DNA of 64,000 nucleotides from the human T2T-CHM13v2.0 reference genome, Homo sapiens, in NCBI RefSeq assembly GCF_009914755.1, contig NC_060926.1; one strand, written 5' to 3'. The position numbers and the translations under genes were made by a program. Below are positions 32,408 through 47,650 of this stretch, piece after piece. Each line of letters starts with the position of its first letter. The stretch's first letter is position 1. The notes beneath the pieces were generated by a model. The model searched no databases and was not told the origin of the DNA. It worked only from the letters and a program-made list of their open reading frames with translations.

Positions 32408-33040
32408 AAGTGGTGATAAGGAGCAACTGGATATCTCACACATTGTTGAATGCAAAATGGTACATCAACTGTGGAGAAGAGTTTGACAGCTGCTTTGAGC
32501 ATATTTTAAACATATACTTACCATAAGACCAAGCAATTATATTCCTAGGTATTTTCTATTAAGAAATGAAAACTTTATTTTTCTGTGAAACCTTATGTGT
32601 AAAAGTATTCATAATTACCAGTAACTGGAGACAATTCAAGAATCCTTTGACAGGCAATGGATAAACAAACTGTGGGACATCCATATTATAAAATATTACT
32701 CAGCAATAAAATGGAGCACTCTACGTATAGACAACATGTTGGATGAATCTCAAAGGCATTATGCTGAGGGAGAGAAGTCAGTCTCAAAATGTAACATACT
32801 GTATAATTCAATTTATATGATATTTTTGAAAAGACAAAACTATAGTGATGAAGAATAGAACAAAGGTTGGGATGGGGCAGTATATGACTATAAAGGGTAT
32901 CATTAGCAAGAGTTTTTGGGAGTGATGGAACTGTTTTGTATCTCGATTGTGGTGGTAGTTACGTAAAATTATCATTTAATAACATTAATAGAACTGTACA
33001 CCAAAAAGTTAATTTTATTGGATGTTAATCTTTTAAAATA
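32408..33040 (+). mobile_element. L1ME1-like 3' end
   Basis: gtcagtctcaaaatgtaacatactgtat...gatggaactgttttgtatc...gaactgtacacc. Confidence 0.7.
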
Positions 33041-33555
33041 GAATACACTTAAAATAGAAATTAAACCTCAGTATTAAGAGAGCAAACAACTCAATAAAAA
33101 ACAGGCAAAAGATTTGTACAGATATATAGTTGGAAAATAAGCACATGAAAAGATGTTCAACATTGTTAGTCACTGGGAAAATGTAGATCAAAATTGTACA
33201 CACAACAAAATGAATAAATTTCAAAATAATTATCCTGGAAGAATCCTTATAAAAAGAGTACATTCTGTATGATTCCCATCTCTGTAAAATTATAAAGAAT
33301 GCAAAATAATCTGTGGAGACAGGAAGTAAAGCAGTAGGTTTCCAGGGGATGGGATGGTCGTGCGGGGGATGTGGGGATGGGGCAGAAAGGTAGTGGTGGC
33401 TAGGAGAGAGAGACTAAAAGGGGGCATAAGAAAACTTTTGGATGCAGTGGATGCGTTTATTTCTTGATTTGGGTGATGGCTTCATGGGTATACACATGTG
33501 TACACTTTAAAATTTGCAATTTAGTGCATATCAATTTTAAGTAAAGCTGTTTAGA
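33041..33555 (+). mobile_element. L1MD-like 3' fragments with an internal deletion at ~33196
   Basis: aaaagatgttcaacattgttagtc then gagtacattctgtatgattcc...gtaaagctgttt. Confidence 0.65.
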
Positions 33556-34789
33556 AATAGAAAATAAACTAAATGTTAAAATGTAGAATGTGAGATAGAA
33601 ACAAAGAATATTGAAGAAGTCACTTATAATTATTTTTTACCTGTTAAAAAATAAGTGAGGAAAGTAAAGATGTACCCTTGCCCCTACAAATACAAGCCCA
33701 ATTTCTTCTTAGCTTTCCATTCCTTACTCACATTTATATCTAATGCTTTAACTCTTAATTTGATAAAGGATAGCCCATTAGGAAAAGAAGAAAAAGGGTA
33801 TCAAGTTTGGTCAGGATTTCCCTTCCTCGTCCTGATCTCCTTGGAGGTACCAAGCCCTAGGCTGCAGGGAAAGACATAGCTCATTGCTTTTCTTCAAATC
33901 TGCTTGACAGAGTGGATTCAGTTGGCTTGAGGAGCATGTTTAATACAGATAATTCATCAGGACCATTGTCAGGATTGTCAGCAACATGAAAAAGCTGTTT
34001 CTGAAGCTCTTGCAAAGCACAGTCCCATCCAAGTGAGAGTTGAAAAACATCTCAGTTTTTCTAAGAAAAATCCCATAGGCCCGACAGATTCAGTGTCATT
34101 CGAATATTCCACATGCAATTTCACTTCTTTGCTCATGTCTATTTAAGCGATTTTTGAAAGCTGTAATTACATAAACCGAGAGCCTCCCACACTCTGACAA
34201 GTAGAAAAATACATATTAACTCCAGACAAAATGTGGGTGGCAGTATTTTTTTTTTCTTTAAGCGAGCTTTATACTGTCAGAAACTATGAAACACCACGGC
34301 AAACAGCAATAAGTCACTAAACGTCTATCATATTAGAAACTGCCATGCAGTTTCCTGGGATGTTATTTTACTTTATTATTCCTTTTAGGTAATGTGAGAA
34401 GTAAAACAACAAAGCTCTTAAATATAATTCTTCCTTCTTTGTCAGATGGTATCAATCCATCCCTTTTCCAAATACTCTGTTTTTAAGACTTGGCTAATTA
34501 GGGAAATGGTTGCTGTGTTTCGATTTGAGACGTTTTAATATGGGTTCCTCCTGACATTGTGATTTCTTGTCATTTGAATTACACATGTGTTGGAGGGGAA
34601 AGCAGCAATGGAAAACTAAGACATAGACTTGTCCTTTTGTTTACATAGTAGGGACAGCTAATTGAGTATTTCATGTTAATATCAATGTGAAAAGCAAGAC
34701 CAAAAGTTAAAATCAGATGTAGAAATTAGCATTGTTTTAACTACTCATCTTGGAATGTTACCTTTTAAATAGTTCATTCTGTAATCATT

Positions 34790-35220
34790 CAATAATAATA
34801 TTAATGTTTGTTAAATATTTGCCATGTAGAAACTAGCATAAAAAATTAACATCATCTTGGAAAAATTAAGTGGAATGAGTGGAACAGGAATTAGAGGCCA
34901 GTTAGCCTGGATTCAGAGTGCCACTTTCAACCATTATGCTATGCTATATCTTGAAATTGTGACTAATATTTACTGAAAGCATACCCTTGAACCAGGCATT
35001 ATTCTAAGCCCCTACATTTATCATTTCGGTTAAGCCTCACACAAAAACTCTATGATCTACACATTCTTATTTTCTCAGTTTTTCAGATGATCCAATTAAG
35101 GTACAAAAACATTAAGTACCTTGTCCGAGGTTCAGAGTAATTTGCCCAAGATTCATGGCAACATAGAATAGGAATTAGAACAATGAGAATCTGACTCCAG
35201 AGTGTGCTCCTTACTCCTCA
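34790..35220 (-). mobile_element. Two MIR fragments
   Basis: ...accattatgctatgct and tttcagatga...taatttgcccaag...tctgactccagag. Confidence 0.65.
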
Positions 35221-35320
35221 AGGAAAATGCATTAAGCCCATACTCTGGGCAAGTCACCATGTCCAACACTGGAGGTCTAGCCTAGAGTTGGGTTAAGGAG
35301 TCAGGCAAGTAAGCCATGCC

Positions 35321-35657
<337 letters not shown>

Positions 35658-36709
35658 TTAGATGTCACTCTATGAGAATAAAAATAATAAAATGTTTAAT
35701 AATTAATCCATCTTTCACTTCAAAATGCTGGAACAAGTAGGGAAAGAAAATGGGAGAATATGCAAGACTTTTACATCTATCTTTAAAGAAATTGGGCATA
35801 AATGTGTTAAGATCTGCCAGAGATCTACAGTTGCTGCTTCACCCAATCCTTTATCAAATCTGGATCCAGGGTTAGTCAAGATGGCTGACTGAAAGCAACT
35901 AGTGTGCACCTCTCACAGAGAGAAGAAAGAGTGGTGAGTAATTACTAGATCTGCAATTGGAACATCTAGGTGGACATTTTAGGATTCATCAAGGAAGTAA
36001 CTTGACCCGTGGAGAATGGAGAGGAGCAAGACAGGATGACCACCCACCCAGGAGTGGCACAGAGCCAAAGGAGGCTTCTCCACCACAGGGAAGTGGTGAG
36101 AGAGTGAGAATCCCCAGGGACTCACACTTCTTCTGTGGGCCTTTGCAACACTGGGCTCAGGTGATCCTTCCATGAGATCACCCATTTGGGCTTTGAGACT
36201 GACATGGAGAGCTACATGCAGTCTAGGCACAGCTGCCACTCAGGCACATGCAGAGCCCCAGGAGTCTTGGATCTCCAGGCATCCCGGCACTAGTGGCTAC
36301 AGCTCCAGCGGCAGGGGAGGTCAAGCTCCCTTGAGTACCCCGAGGAAAGGAGCTGAATCCAGGAGGCTGAACAGCAACAGACTACAGGCAGGCCTCACTT
36401 CCACTGTACCTTGCAGGATAAGTGCAAGGTGCTTAGGGACTGGCATGGATCCTCAAAACACCACAGCTGCCCCACAGAAACACAGCCAGGCTGTTTTCCA
36501 TGCAGGTTCCCATCCCTACTTCTTACTGGGCAGGGCATCCTGACCTGGGACTCCAGGGCAACCACCCTTCCTCCACCTGAACACTTTGGTCAGAAACAGC
36601 TCTGCATTTCACTAAGGAGGAAATCCCAGAGACAATTCACAACCCTTCCTCCATTGCAGTTGCAGCTGTACTATCCTAACCTCCCTCAGGCAGGGGAAGG
36701 AACAAAGAG

Positions 36710-37416
36710 TGAAACTGCCTTTGAAAAATTATAACTGAGGAAATTTTGACAGTGAAGGAGATCAGACCTAACTGACTCCACCTTGCTTGTAGCCTTTAAG
36801 CTATCCTTGTTGATTCCTGGGTGTAGGTCGAACTGACTTTGGGAAGGAATTTAGTTTATAGTTTGACTCTGAAACAATATTGATAATAGCCCTTTCCTGA
36901 AAAGACTCCCTTCTTGCCTGGGAACCAGGCTGCCTTTGCAGGACTAACAAATTAGCTACAAAATTAGAAATTAGGTTTAGGGAGTCTGAACCTCCCCAGA
37001 TTGCCCCTGAGGATCATATCACTATTGCACAATCTAAGATCAGTACTTGAGGTATTTTGCAGACCCTGCATTCAGTGCACCAGCTGACACCAACCAGACT
37101 GGTAATCTGGCTCAACCAGTTCTGCCATTCCACCCAGGAACAGAAACAGCAAGAAAACCTCACTTTCACCCCCATATGATTCCATCTCCAACCTGATCAA
37201 TCAGCACTCCCCACTTCCAGAGCCCCTACCAGCCAAATAATCTTTAAAAACTCTAATCCCTGAATGCTCAGGAAGACTGATTTGAGTAATAATAAAATAC
37301 TGGTCTCCCACACAGCTAGCTTTGTATGAATTACTCTTTCGCCATTGTAATTCCGCTGTCTTGATAAATGAGCTCTGTCTAGGCAGTGGGTAAGGTGAAC
37401 CCGTTGGGCAGTTACA
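36710..37416 (+). mobile_element. LTR8-family solo LTR (ERV1)
   Basis: TG...CA ends: tgaaactgcctttgaaaaattataactgagg...gggcagttaca; aataaa near 37290; 4-bp TSD agag/aggg. Confidence 0.85.
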
Positions 37417-38114
37417 AGGGTCTAGTCACTACACTGGCACTTCCAGCCTACCACAGCTACCATTCAGAGGGTAGTCCAGTCCCTATTCCCTGAGAGTCCT
37501 CACCCAACTCTGCCAAACAGGGCCTCCGGTTCAGGACTGTAGAACAGCCACCCGTCCATGGCTGAACACACACATGGGTAGTGGTTTGGTGTTTCCCTGA
37601 GGATGGGCTCCTGGAGGCAACTGACAGCCCCACTGCTGTGGCACAGCAATGGTTCTGCCCTGCTGCCCTTGGTCTGGAAAGAAACAAAGAGCCTGAGGGC
37701 TTCACCTGAGCTTCCATCATCCCACAGTCACCATGTGGAGAGGAGCCCAGACTCTCATCCTCATGAGCCCTCAAACCCCTGCTCTTCAGCAAGCAGAACT
37801 CCCAGCTTGGGCCAGCAGTGCAACTGCCCCACTCCCTGCTGAACATTCCCAGTAGCAGTGGCTCTGTGTGTTTCCCTGAGGTGCAGCTCCCAGAGGCAAC
37901 CACTTCAGTGGTATTGTCCTGTTATCGCTGGACTTGGGAAGGAGCATTACCCTGAGTGTTTTAACCACCCATCCAGCAAGCTGCAGTTGCCCTAAGGAGA
38001 AGAGGCCAGTCCATCCCCTCCATTATCCACCTACTTGTCACCAGGCAGGGAACCCTGGCCTGGGCCCACAATGCAGCCACCTCATCCCAGGTTGATTGCA
38101 CTAATTGATAGTGG

Positions 38115-38471
38115 TGAGGCAGGAAAATAGGGTCTGGAGGCAGGGAACATAAGGCCGTTTCACACGTTAGCTATAACAGGAAATATCCTCTCCATAGGGT
38201 GTACACAGAAAATGACTTTGTAACTTTACTTCATCCTCTCCATTTACATAGTGCATACCCCAAATAACTAATGGAATTCTCTAGGGCATATTTAAACTCC
38301 CCAGAATTCTGTAACAGGGCCTTTGAGCCCCTATGCTCAGGCCCACTCCCACCCTGTGGAGTGTACTTTCATTTTCAATAAAACACTTAATTCCTTCCTT
38401 GCTTTGTTTATGTGTTTTGTCCAATTCTTTGTTCAAGACACCAATAATCTGGACACCCCCCACCATTAACA
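38115..38471 (+). mobile_element. MER61-family solo LTR (ERV1)
   Basis: tgaggcaggaaaatagggtctggaggcaggg...ttaaca; TATA-like tatttaaa and aataaa; perfect TSD gtgg (38111-38114, 38472-38475). Confidence 0.85.
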
Positions 38472-41400
38472 GTGGCTCCACATCTCTCTAGGGTGAAAAC
38501 CCTAAGAGACAAGTGAAAGGCCCTTTGCCACAACCACTGCTAAGGTCCCTGGCCATGCTGCCTCTTAGCTAGGAAAGGAAGCTCAGAGCTATGGCATACA
38601 ACCCAGGAGTCTCAAGCCATGAGCTGCAGTCACCACTCACTTAAGTGCCATCTACTGGATCACAGCCTAAAATTTAACACCAAAAATATTTTTGCTAATA
38701 TCCCCCCTGTGAAACCAAGGACAAGAATTTAGCTACAAACAAAGACCCTGCATAAAGCCTTGGCTGTCTAAAAACATCCAGAAAAGAAGTGTACTGACTG
38801 TACTCAAACTACACCACAATTAAGTGAATACCAGCCCACACATATAAGAAAGAACCAGCCCAAGAACTCTGGCAACTCAAAAAAGCAGAGTGGATTCTTT
38901 CTTTCAAACAACCAAACAACTGCACTAGTTCCCCAGCAAGGGTTCTTAACTGGGTCAAAATAACTGAAGTGACAGAAATGGAATTCAGACTCTTGATAGG
39001 AACAAACATCATTGAGATTCAGGAGACTGTTGAAACCCAATTCAAGGAAGCTAAGGATCACAAAAAAAAAAAAAAAAAATAGCTGGTAGACAAAATGGCC
39101 ATTATAAGAAAGAACCAAACTGATAAGAGCTGAAAAACACATTGCAAGAATTTCATAATGCAATAGCAATTATTAACAGCAGAATAGAACAAACTGAAGA
39201 AAGAATGTTGAACTCACAGACTGGCTCTGCAAAATAACTCAGTCAGATAAAAATAAAGAAAACAGAGTAAAAAAGAATAAACAAAACCTCCAAAATATCT
39301 GGGATCATGTAAAAAAACCAAATCTACACCTCACTGGTATCCCTGAAAGAGAAGCAGAGAAAGCAAGCAACTTGGAAAATGTATTTCAGGATATTGTCCA
39401 TGAAAACTTTCCCAACCTCACTAAAGAGGCCAATATTCAAATTCAGGACATGCAGAGAACCCCAGCAAGATACTACACAAACAGACCATCCCCCAGACAC
39501 ATAATCATCAGATTCTGCAAAGTCAAAATGAAGGAAAAAATGTTAAAGGCAGCTAGAAAGAAGAAACAGTCACCTACAAAGGGAACCACATCAGGCTCAC
39601 AGCAGACCTCTCAGTAGAAACTCTATAAGCCAGAAGAGATTGGAGGCCTATATTCGACATTCTTAAAGAAAAGAATTTCCAATCGATAACTTCATATCCA
39701 GTCAAACTAAGCTTCATAACTGAAGAAAAAATAAAATCCTTTTCAGACAGGCAAATACTGAGGGAATTTGTTACCACCAGACCTGCCTTACAAGAGGTCC
39801 TGAAAGAGGCACTAAATATTACCAGCCACTACAACACACTTAAGTACACAAACCAGTGACAATATAAAGCAACCACACAGACAAGTATGCGTAATAACCA
39901 GCTAACAAGAAAATGACAAGATCAAATCTGCACATATCAATATTAACCTTGAATGTAAACAGGCTAAATGCCTCAATTAAAAGGCACAGGGTGGCATGCT
40001 GAATAAAGAAGCAAGACCCAAAGATATGCTGTCTTGAAGAGAACAATCTCACATGCAGTGACACCCACAGGCTCAAAATAAAGGGATGAGGAAAAATCTA
40101 CCAAGCAAATGGAAAACACAAAGAAGGAGGAGTTATTATCCTAATTTCAGACAAAAAAGACTTTAAGGCAACAAAGATTAAAAAAAAAAAAAAGAAGGGC
40201 ATTACATAATGATAAAGGGCTCAATTCATCAAGAAGACCTACCATCCTAAATATATACATGCCCAACACAGGAGCACTAAGATTCATAAAGCAAGTTCTT
40301 ACAGACCTTCAAAGAGACTTAGACTCCCACACAATAACAGTAGGATACTTCAACACCCCACTGATAGTATTAGAAAAATCATCGTTTCAATACTAATAAA
40401 GATATTAAGGACCTGAACTTAACACTTGACCAAATGGACCTAATAAACATCTACAGAACTCTCCACCCCAAAACAACAGGATATACATTCTTCTCATCAC
40501 CACTTGGCACATACTCTAAAATCAACCACAGAATCAAATGTAAAACAATCCTCAGCAAGTTATAAAAAAAAGAAAAATAAATAAAAATAGAAATCAATAC
40601 AAAGAAAATCACCCAAAACCATACAATTACATGGAAGTTAAGCAACCTGCTCTGTACTAATATTTGGGTAAATAGTTAAATTAAGGCAGAAATCAAGAAG
40701 TTCTTTAAAACTATTGGGAACAAAGATGCAACATACCAGAATCTTTGGGACAGATAAAGCATTGTTAAGAGGGAATTTTACAGCACTACAAGCCCACATC
40801 AAAAAGTTAGAAAGATCTCAAATTAACAACCTACCATCACACCTAGAGGAACTAGAGAAACAAGAGCAATCCAACCCCAAAGCTAGCAGAAGCTAGGAAA
40901 TAACCAAAATCAGAGCTGAAGTGAAGGAAATGAGATGTGAAAACCCATATAAAAGATTAACAAATCCAGGAATTGGTTCTTTGAAAAAAAAATAATAAGC
41001 TAGGTAGACCACTAGCTACACTAATTAAAAAAAGAGAGAGAAGATCCAAATAAGCATAATCAGAAATGACAAAGGGCACATTACCACCAACTGCAAAGAA
41101 ATACACAAAACCATCAGAGACTACAATGAACACCTCTATGCACACAAACTGACACAAACTGGAAAACCTACAGAAAATGAATAAATTTCTGTACACATTC
41201 AACCTCCCAAGATTGAACTAGGAAGAAACTGAATCTCTGAACAGGCCAATAATGAGTTCCAAAACTGAATCAGTATTAAAAAGCTTACCAATCCCAAAAA
41301 TCCCAGGACCAGACAGATTCACAGCTGAATTCCACCAGATGTATAAAGAAGAGCTGGTACTATTTTTACTGAAACTATTTTAAAAAATTGAGGAGGAGGG

Positions 41401-42164
41401 ATTCCTCCCTAACTCATTCTCTAAGGCCAACATCATCCTGATACAAAACCTAGCAGACACACACAAAAAAACCTCAGGCTAATGTTCTTGATAAATATAG
41501 ATGAAAAAATCCTCAACAAAATATTGGCAAACTGAATCCAGCAGCACATCAAAAATCAAATTCACCATGATCAAGTAGGCTTCATCTCTGGGATGCAAGG
41601 TTGGTTCAATATATACTAGTTGATAAATGTGATTCATCATATCAACAGAACTAAAAACAAAAACCACGATTATCTCAATAGATATAGAAAAGGCTTTCAA
41701 TAAAATTCAACATCAATTTATTTTAAACACCCTCAATATACCAGACATTGAAGGAACATACTTCGAAGTAATAAGAGCCATCTATGACAAACCCACAGCC
41801 AACATCATACTGAATAGGCAAAATCTAGAAGAATTCCCCTTGAAAACTGAAACAAAATAAGGATGCCCTCTTTACCACTCCTATTCAACATAGTACTAGA
41901 AGTCATGGCCAGAATAATCAGGCAAGAAAAAGAAATAAAAGCCATCTAAATAGGAAGAAAGAAAGTCAAGCTATCTCTGTGTGCAGACAACATGATTCTG
42001 TACCTAGAACCCCATAGCATCTGCCCAAAAGCTCTTTGATTTGATAAACAACTTCAGCAGTTTCTGGATACAAAAATTAATGTACGAAAAATCAGTAGCA
42101 CTTCTATATAGCAACAACATTGAAGCTGAGAGCAAAATCAGGAAAGCAATGTCATTCACATTTG

Positions 42165-42192
42165 AAAAAAAAAAAAATATATATATATATAT
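42165..42192. repeat. (A)n(TA)n microsatellite inside L1 ORF2
   Basis: aaaaaaaaaaaaatatatatatatatat. Confidence 0.85.
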
Positions 42193-42749
42193 TATACACC
42201 TAGGAATATAGCTAACCAGGGATATGAAAGAACTCTACCATGAGAAAACACTCAAAACGCTGCTCAAAGAAACCATAGATGACAGAAACAAATGGAAAAA
42301 TATTCCATGCTCATGGATAGGAAGCATCAAAATTGTTAAAATGGCCATGCTACTCAAAGCAATCTACAGACTCAATGCTATTTCTATCGAACTATCAATA
42401 TCATTTTATTCAGAAGTAGAAAGAACTATTTTAAACTTCACATGGAACCCGAAATGAGATGAAATAGCCAAGGCAATTCTAAGCAAAAAGAAAAAAGGCA
42501 TCATGTTACCTGACTTCAAACTGTACTACAAGTCTGCAGTAACCAAAACAGCATGGTATCGGTACAAAAACAGACACATACACCAATGGAACAGAATAGA
42601 GAGCCCAGAAATAATGCTGCACACCTACAACCATCTGATATTCAACAAAGCCAACAAAAACAAGCAATGGGGGAAAGGACCCCCTATTCAGTAAATGGTG
42701 CTGGGATAACCAGCTAGCCATCTGCAGAAGATTAAAACTGGACCACTTC

Positions 42750-43146
42750 TGTATTAGTCCATTCTCACACTGCTATAAAGAACTACCTGAGACTGGGTAA
42801 GAAGAAAAGAAGTTTAATTGACTCACAGTTCCACAGGCTTTACAGAAAACATTAACGGGTAGCCTCAGAAAACTTACAATTATCATGGAAGATGAAGGGG
42901 AGGAAAACACATCTTCCCATGACAGAAGAGGAGAGAAAGAGAGAGCTGCGGGGTGGGGAAGTGTCACACACTTTTAAGCACTTTTAAACTATGAGATCTC
43001 ATGAGAACCCACTCACTATTATGAGAACAGCATGGGGGAAATCCACCCCCGTGACCCTATCACCTCCTACCAGATATTTCCTTCAACACGTGGGGATTAC
43101 AATTTGATGTGAGATCTGGATGAGGATACAGAACAAAACCATAACA
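42750..43146 (-). mobile_element. MSTA solo LTR (ERVL-MaLR)
   Basis: tgtattagtccattctcacactgctataaag...aaaaccataaca; interrupts L1 ORF2. Confidence 0.88.
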
Positions 43147-44011
43147 CCTTTCTTACCTCACTTGCAAAAATCAACTCAACATGGATTAAAGACATAAATG
43201 TAGAACCTAAAACTATAAAAGCCTTGGAAGAAAACCTAGGAAATACCATTCTGGATATAGGACCTGACAAAGATTTCAAGACCAAGATGCCAAAAAAGCA
43301 ATTGCAACAAAAACAAAAATTGGCAAATGTAGCATAATAAAACTAAAGAGCTTCTGCGCATCAAAAGAAATGATCAACAGAATAAACAGCCTATAGAATG
43401 GGAGAAAATATTTTCTAATTATGTATTGGACAATGGTTTAATATCCAGAATCTATAAATAAATTAGACAAATAGGGCAAGCAAAAAACAACCCCATTAAA
43501 AAGTGGGCAAAGGACATAAACAGACAACTTTCAAAAGAAGACATACATGTGCCCAACAAGCATATGAAAGAATACTCAATATCACTAATCATGAAAGAAA
43601 TGCAAATCAAAATCACAGTGAGCTATCACCTCATACCAGTCAGAATGGCCACTATTTAGAAGTTAAAAAATAACAGATGCTGGTGAGGTTGCACGTAAAA
43701 GGGAATGCTTACATACAGCTGATAGGATTGTAAATTAGTTCAGCCATTGTGGAAAGCAGTGTGATAATTTCTCAAAGAACTTGAAACAGAACTACCATTC
43801 GACCCAGCAATTCCATTACTGGGTATATATCCAGAGGAATATAAGTTGTTCTATCATGATGACATATGTACATGTATGTTCATCACAGCACTATTCATAG
43901 TAGCAAAGACATGGAATCAACCTAAATGCTCATCAACAGTAGACTAGATAAAGAAAATGTGGCATATATACACCATGGAATATTACATAGCCATAAAAAA
44001 AGAGCAAGATC

Positions 44012-44310
<299 letters not shown>

Positions 44311-44699
44311 TCATGTCCTTTGCAGCAACATGGATGGAACTGTAGACCATTATCCTAAGCAAACTAATGCAGAAACAAAAAAACAAATACCATATATTCT
44401 CACTTTAAGTGGGAGATTAACAATTCGAACACATGGACACAAAGAGGGGAACAAGAGACACTGGGGCCTACTTGAGGGTTGAGGGTGGGAGGAGGGAGAG
44501 GATTTTTAATATCGATCAGGTACCATACTTATTACCTGAGTGACTAAATAACCTGTGCACCAAGTCCCCCTGATCTGCAGTTTACCCATATAACAATGTT
44601 ACAATGTACCCCTGAACCTTAAATAAAAGTTTAAAACAAAAAAACAAAACTGGATCCGCATGTCTAAGCCTTCCCTAAACCACTGGGTGACAGGAGCCC

Positions 44700-45400
44700 C
44701 CAACCTACAGTATATAATTTAGAAGGTGGAAGTAACCTCAGGCAGGGGAAATATCTGTGGAACCAGAAGACACATGTAGAAGAAGTTGATTTTACAGGAG
44801 TAGATCATTCTTATGAAAAAAAAGGGACATCTGGTTAGCAGGACTGTAGAGTAGCAAGAAATAAACCTTTAAGTCATGAGATTATGAAGATTTTTGTTAA
44901 ACTAACGTTACTCATCTCAATTAAAACAGAATTTTTTACCAGCAGTAGGGTTCTACTATAACAGCGAATACAAAATGTGTGACATTGGCTTTGAAGTCAG
45001 GTAGTGGAAGTCAAGAAGACAGACACAGTATGCTGAACAGTTAAAAACCCATATTACATTATGGAATACATTTGGTATAACTGACTATCTGGAAGATAGA
45101 ATATGTGCCTCCTGAGATTATAGCTTTTAGGGAAGTTGTTGGAAAATATCAGAATGTTATAGGCTACTACATGCTGTTTAGAGCAAGAAATTATAAGAAT
45201 AAGTTGGGTTCAGGCAAGAAACTGTTTGTTTGTAGGTCGAGATAAAATAAAATAGTGTCAAGAGCCTTATCTATTTACCAAAAATGTTTATTTCTGGATC
45301 CTCAAAAAGTAAGATAAGTTTGAACAAAGTTTGAGCATTAAAGGTTCAGTAAGATTTTTAGTTGAATAAAAGTGTCTCAGCCTTGCAGCAAAGGTTAACC
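44700..45400 (+). mobile_element. MLT1-type LTR 3' end followed by MaLR internal sequence
   Basis: aataaacctttaagtcatgag...aaaaca, then gaattttttaccagcagtaggg...ttggctttgaag resembling MLT-int. Confidence 0.5.
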
Positions 45401-45899
45401 ACACAATCTCCACACCCCACCTCTGGCAAGCAAAAAATAAACTTTTTTTTATATTTGTTTGTTACAACAGAAAGTATTTTCTTAAGTAATGCAATGCACA
45501 AAGACTTCAGGATTCTAATTTTATCTATATTGCATTATCCCTTTTTTGAACTTTATACAGCACTTAGTCTGTTCTAGGGCACTGAGTTTAATAATTGTAC
45601 CCTAGGAGACACAAAAATTAATCATTTAACTGTTTAAAAGTCAGTTTGACTAAACAAAACACAAATAGATTATTAGGAAACTTAATTTACTCCTGCAATC
45701 TCTACTCAAGGAGTATCCCCAACTCTGGCTTTATTACAGCATTAACTTATTCATCTCTTTGCAGGTCACTTCATTTTTGGGACACAATTTCTAGCCACAG
45801 AAGATTGAATACAACTTAACAATAAATTATGAGACAGACTTTTGTGGATTCCATTTTATTTGCATTATCAAAAGGATGTCCTCATGTACTGTCAGATCA

Positions 45900-46010
45900 T
45901 CATTAAATAAGCACTTAATTTGCACTTACCATTGCTGGGCTCTGTGCTTGATAAAACGATAACTGAGACACAACCCCTGTTTATGAGGCACTTAGAATTT
46001 AGTGAACATG
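45900..46010 (-). mobile_element. L2 3' fragment
   Basis: aataagcacttaatttgcacttacc...gggctctgtgct...gacacaacccctg. Confidence 0.5.
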
Positions 46011-46100
46011 CAGGCACATTAGAGCACTGGAGTCAGAACCATAATTCTGTAAAACAGCATTCTCTAAGCAAAAGAGATTTTGAAGCAGAGGTGTGAAAAA

Positions 46101-46129
46101 TACACACACACACACACACAAACACACAC
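46101..46129. repeat. (CA)n microsatellite
   Basis: tacacacacacacacacacaaacacacac. Confidence 0.9.
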
Positions 46130-46496
46130 TATATGAAAGAAAATGCAGGTAGTCCCTTATGCCAATTATTCACAATTATTTATCATAGTAAGGGTAAAAT
46201 TTGGTCACTAAAGAGCACTACCAATCTTAAAGCAAGATATCAAGAACTGGGTCTGACTACTATAGCATTTACCATTATTTGGAGATTCTTCTTTGATTTC
46301 TACCATTTATTAATATTTCAGATTTAATACTACAGTGATTACAACTATTAGTACTCCTGCCTTCAAGCTTCCTTCTCCTGCAGGGACCACCCCCACCCCC
46401 TTTTGTAATCCTTCCACAATTCTTCCTGTTGAAACCTTGGATAAATGTCTGAGTCTTCTGTCTTTATCACTCCAATACTCAGACATAGCTTTCTTC

Positions 46497-46561
46497 TTCA
46501 TTCAGGTCCTCATTCATGCCTTGGTGTCTGTTTTTCATTCAGGCCCTCATTCATGTCTTGG
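46497..46561. repeat. 28-bp direct repeat (26/28 identical, 37-bp period)
   Basis: ttcattcaggtcctcattcatgccttgg / ttcattcaggccctcattcatgtcttgg. Confidence 0.85.
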
Positions 46562-46662
46562 CTTCAGAAATTGCCTCCCTGGCAGGCTCTCTGCCTTTTT
46601 CACATCCAGTTCATTTGATAATCTCTACCAGATGAATATTCCAATAGCCCCATTTTACATTT

Positions 46663-46967
<305 letters not shown>

Positions 46968-47024
46968 CCATTTTACATTTTTAAGTCATACACTTCTTTC
47001 TAATTTTTCCATAGCTCCACATTA

Positions 47025-47190
47025 CTAAAATCCTGACTTTGTTAGTTACTTACCAGCTAATTAATGTTGTTGAGATTTGGTTGCCTGATCTATAAAATGG
47101 GGATAATAATCACACATATCTCATACATTTGAGGTTCTAATACTTTGAAACACACAGTATGCATTCAAAGGCCTTTAATTGTTGCTGTTA
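47025..47190 (+). mobile_element. MIR fragment
   Basis: atctataaaatggggataataat MIR core. Confidence 0.65.
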
Positions 47191-47199
47191 CTTACAGTA

Positions 47200-47650
47200 A
47201 CCCAACACATAAGGGGGTCTGAAATCTGACCCAAATTTAACTTCACTTTTATCTCACAAGAAATACCTGTTCATGATAAACAGCAGTCTTGTCCCTGTTT
47301 TATGAACACATCTTGCAAATTCCTTCCCCTGAACTTGTGATTTGATAATGCTCTGCCCCAACCATCCCTTCTTTCCATTTATTCAAATCCTATTCATTCT
47401 ACATGGACCAATTTGAATTTAATTCACCAGAAATCTTCTCTTACCATAGTTGGTGGCAGTTCTCACCCCATTCTGAACAGGTATGATGATATTCATTTGG
47501 AAATGATTGTGTATTGTGGGGTATGAATGAAGAGGCCCTAGATCAGACCGGAGAAGAAGAAAATATTCTCATTCCCATCCTACCCTAGTTTACCTAGCAT
47601 ACTTTCCTAGAGTAGGAAGTGAGCCATAAATGTTTGGGGATTGACTGAGT
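47200..47650 (+). mobile_element. L2 3' fragment
   Basis: Ends tacctagcata...gagtagg...ataaatgtttggggattgactga. Confidence 0.5.

Noticed and set aside
33345-33382. G-quadruplex-like run of five G tracts
   Set aside because: It is the usual G-rich tract of an L1 3'UTR and needs a 10-nt loop.
38115-38471. p53 response element in MER61
   Set aside because: Some MER61 subfamilies carry p53 sites, but I see no paired RRRCWWGYYY half-sites in this copy.
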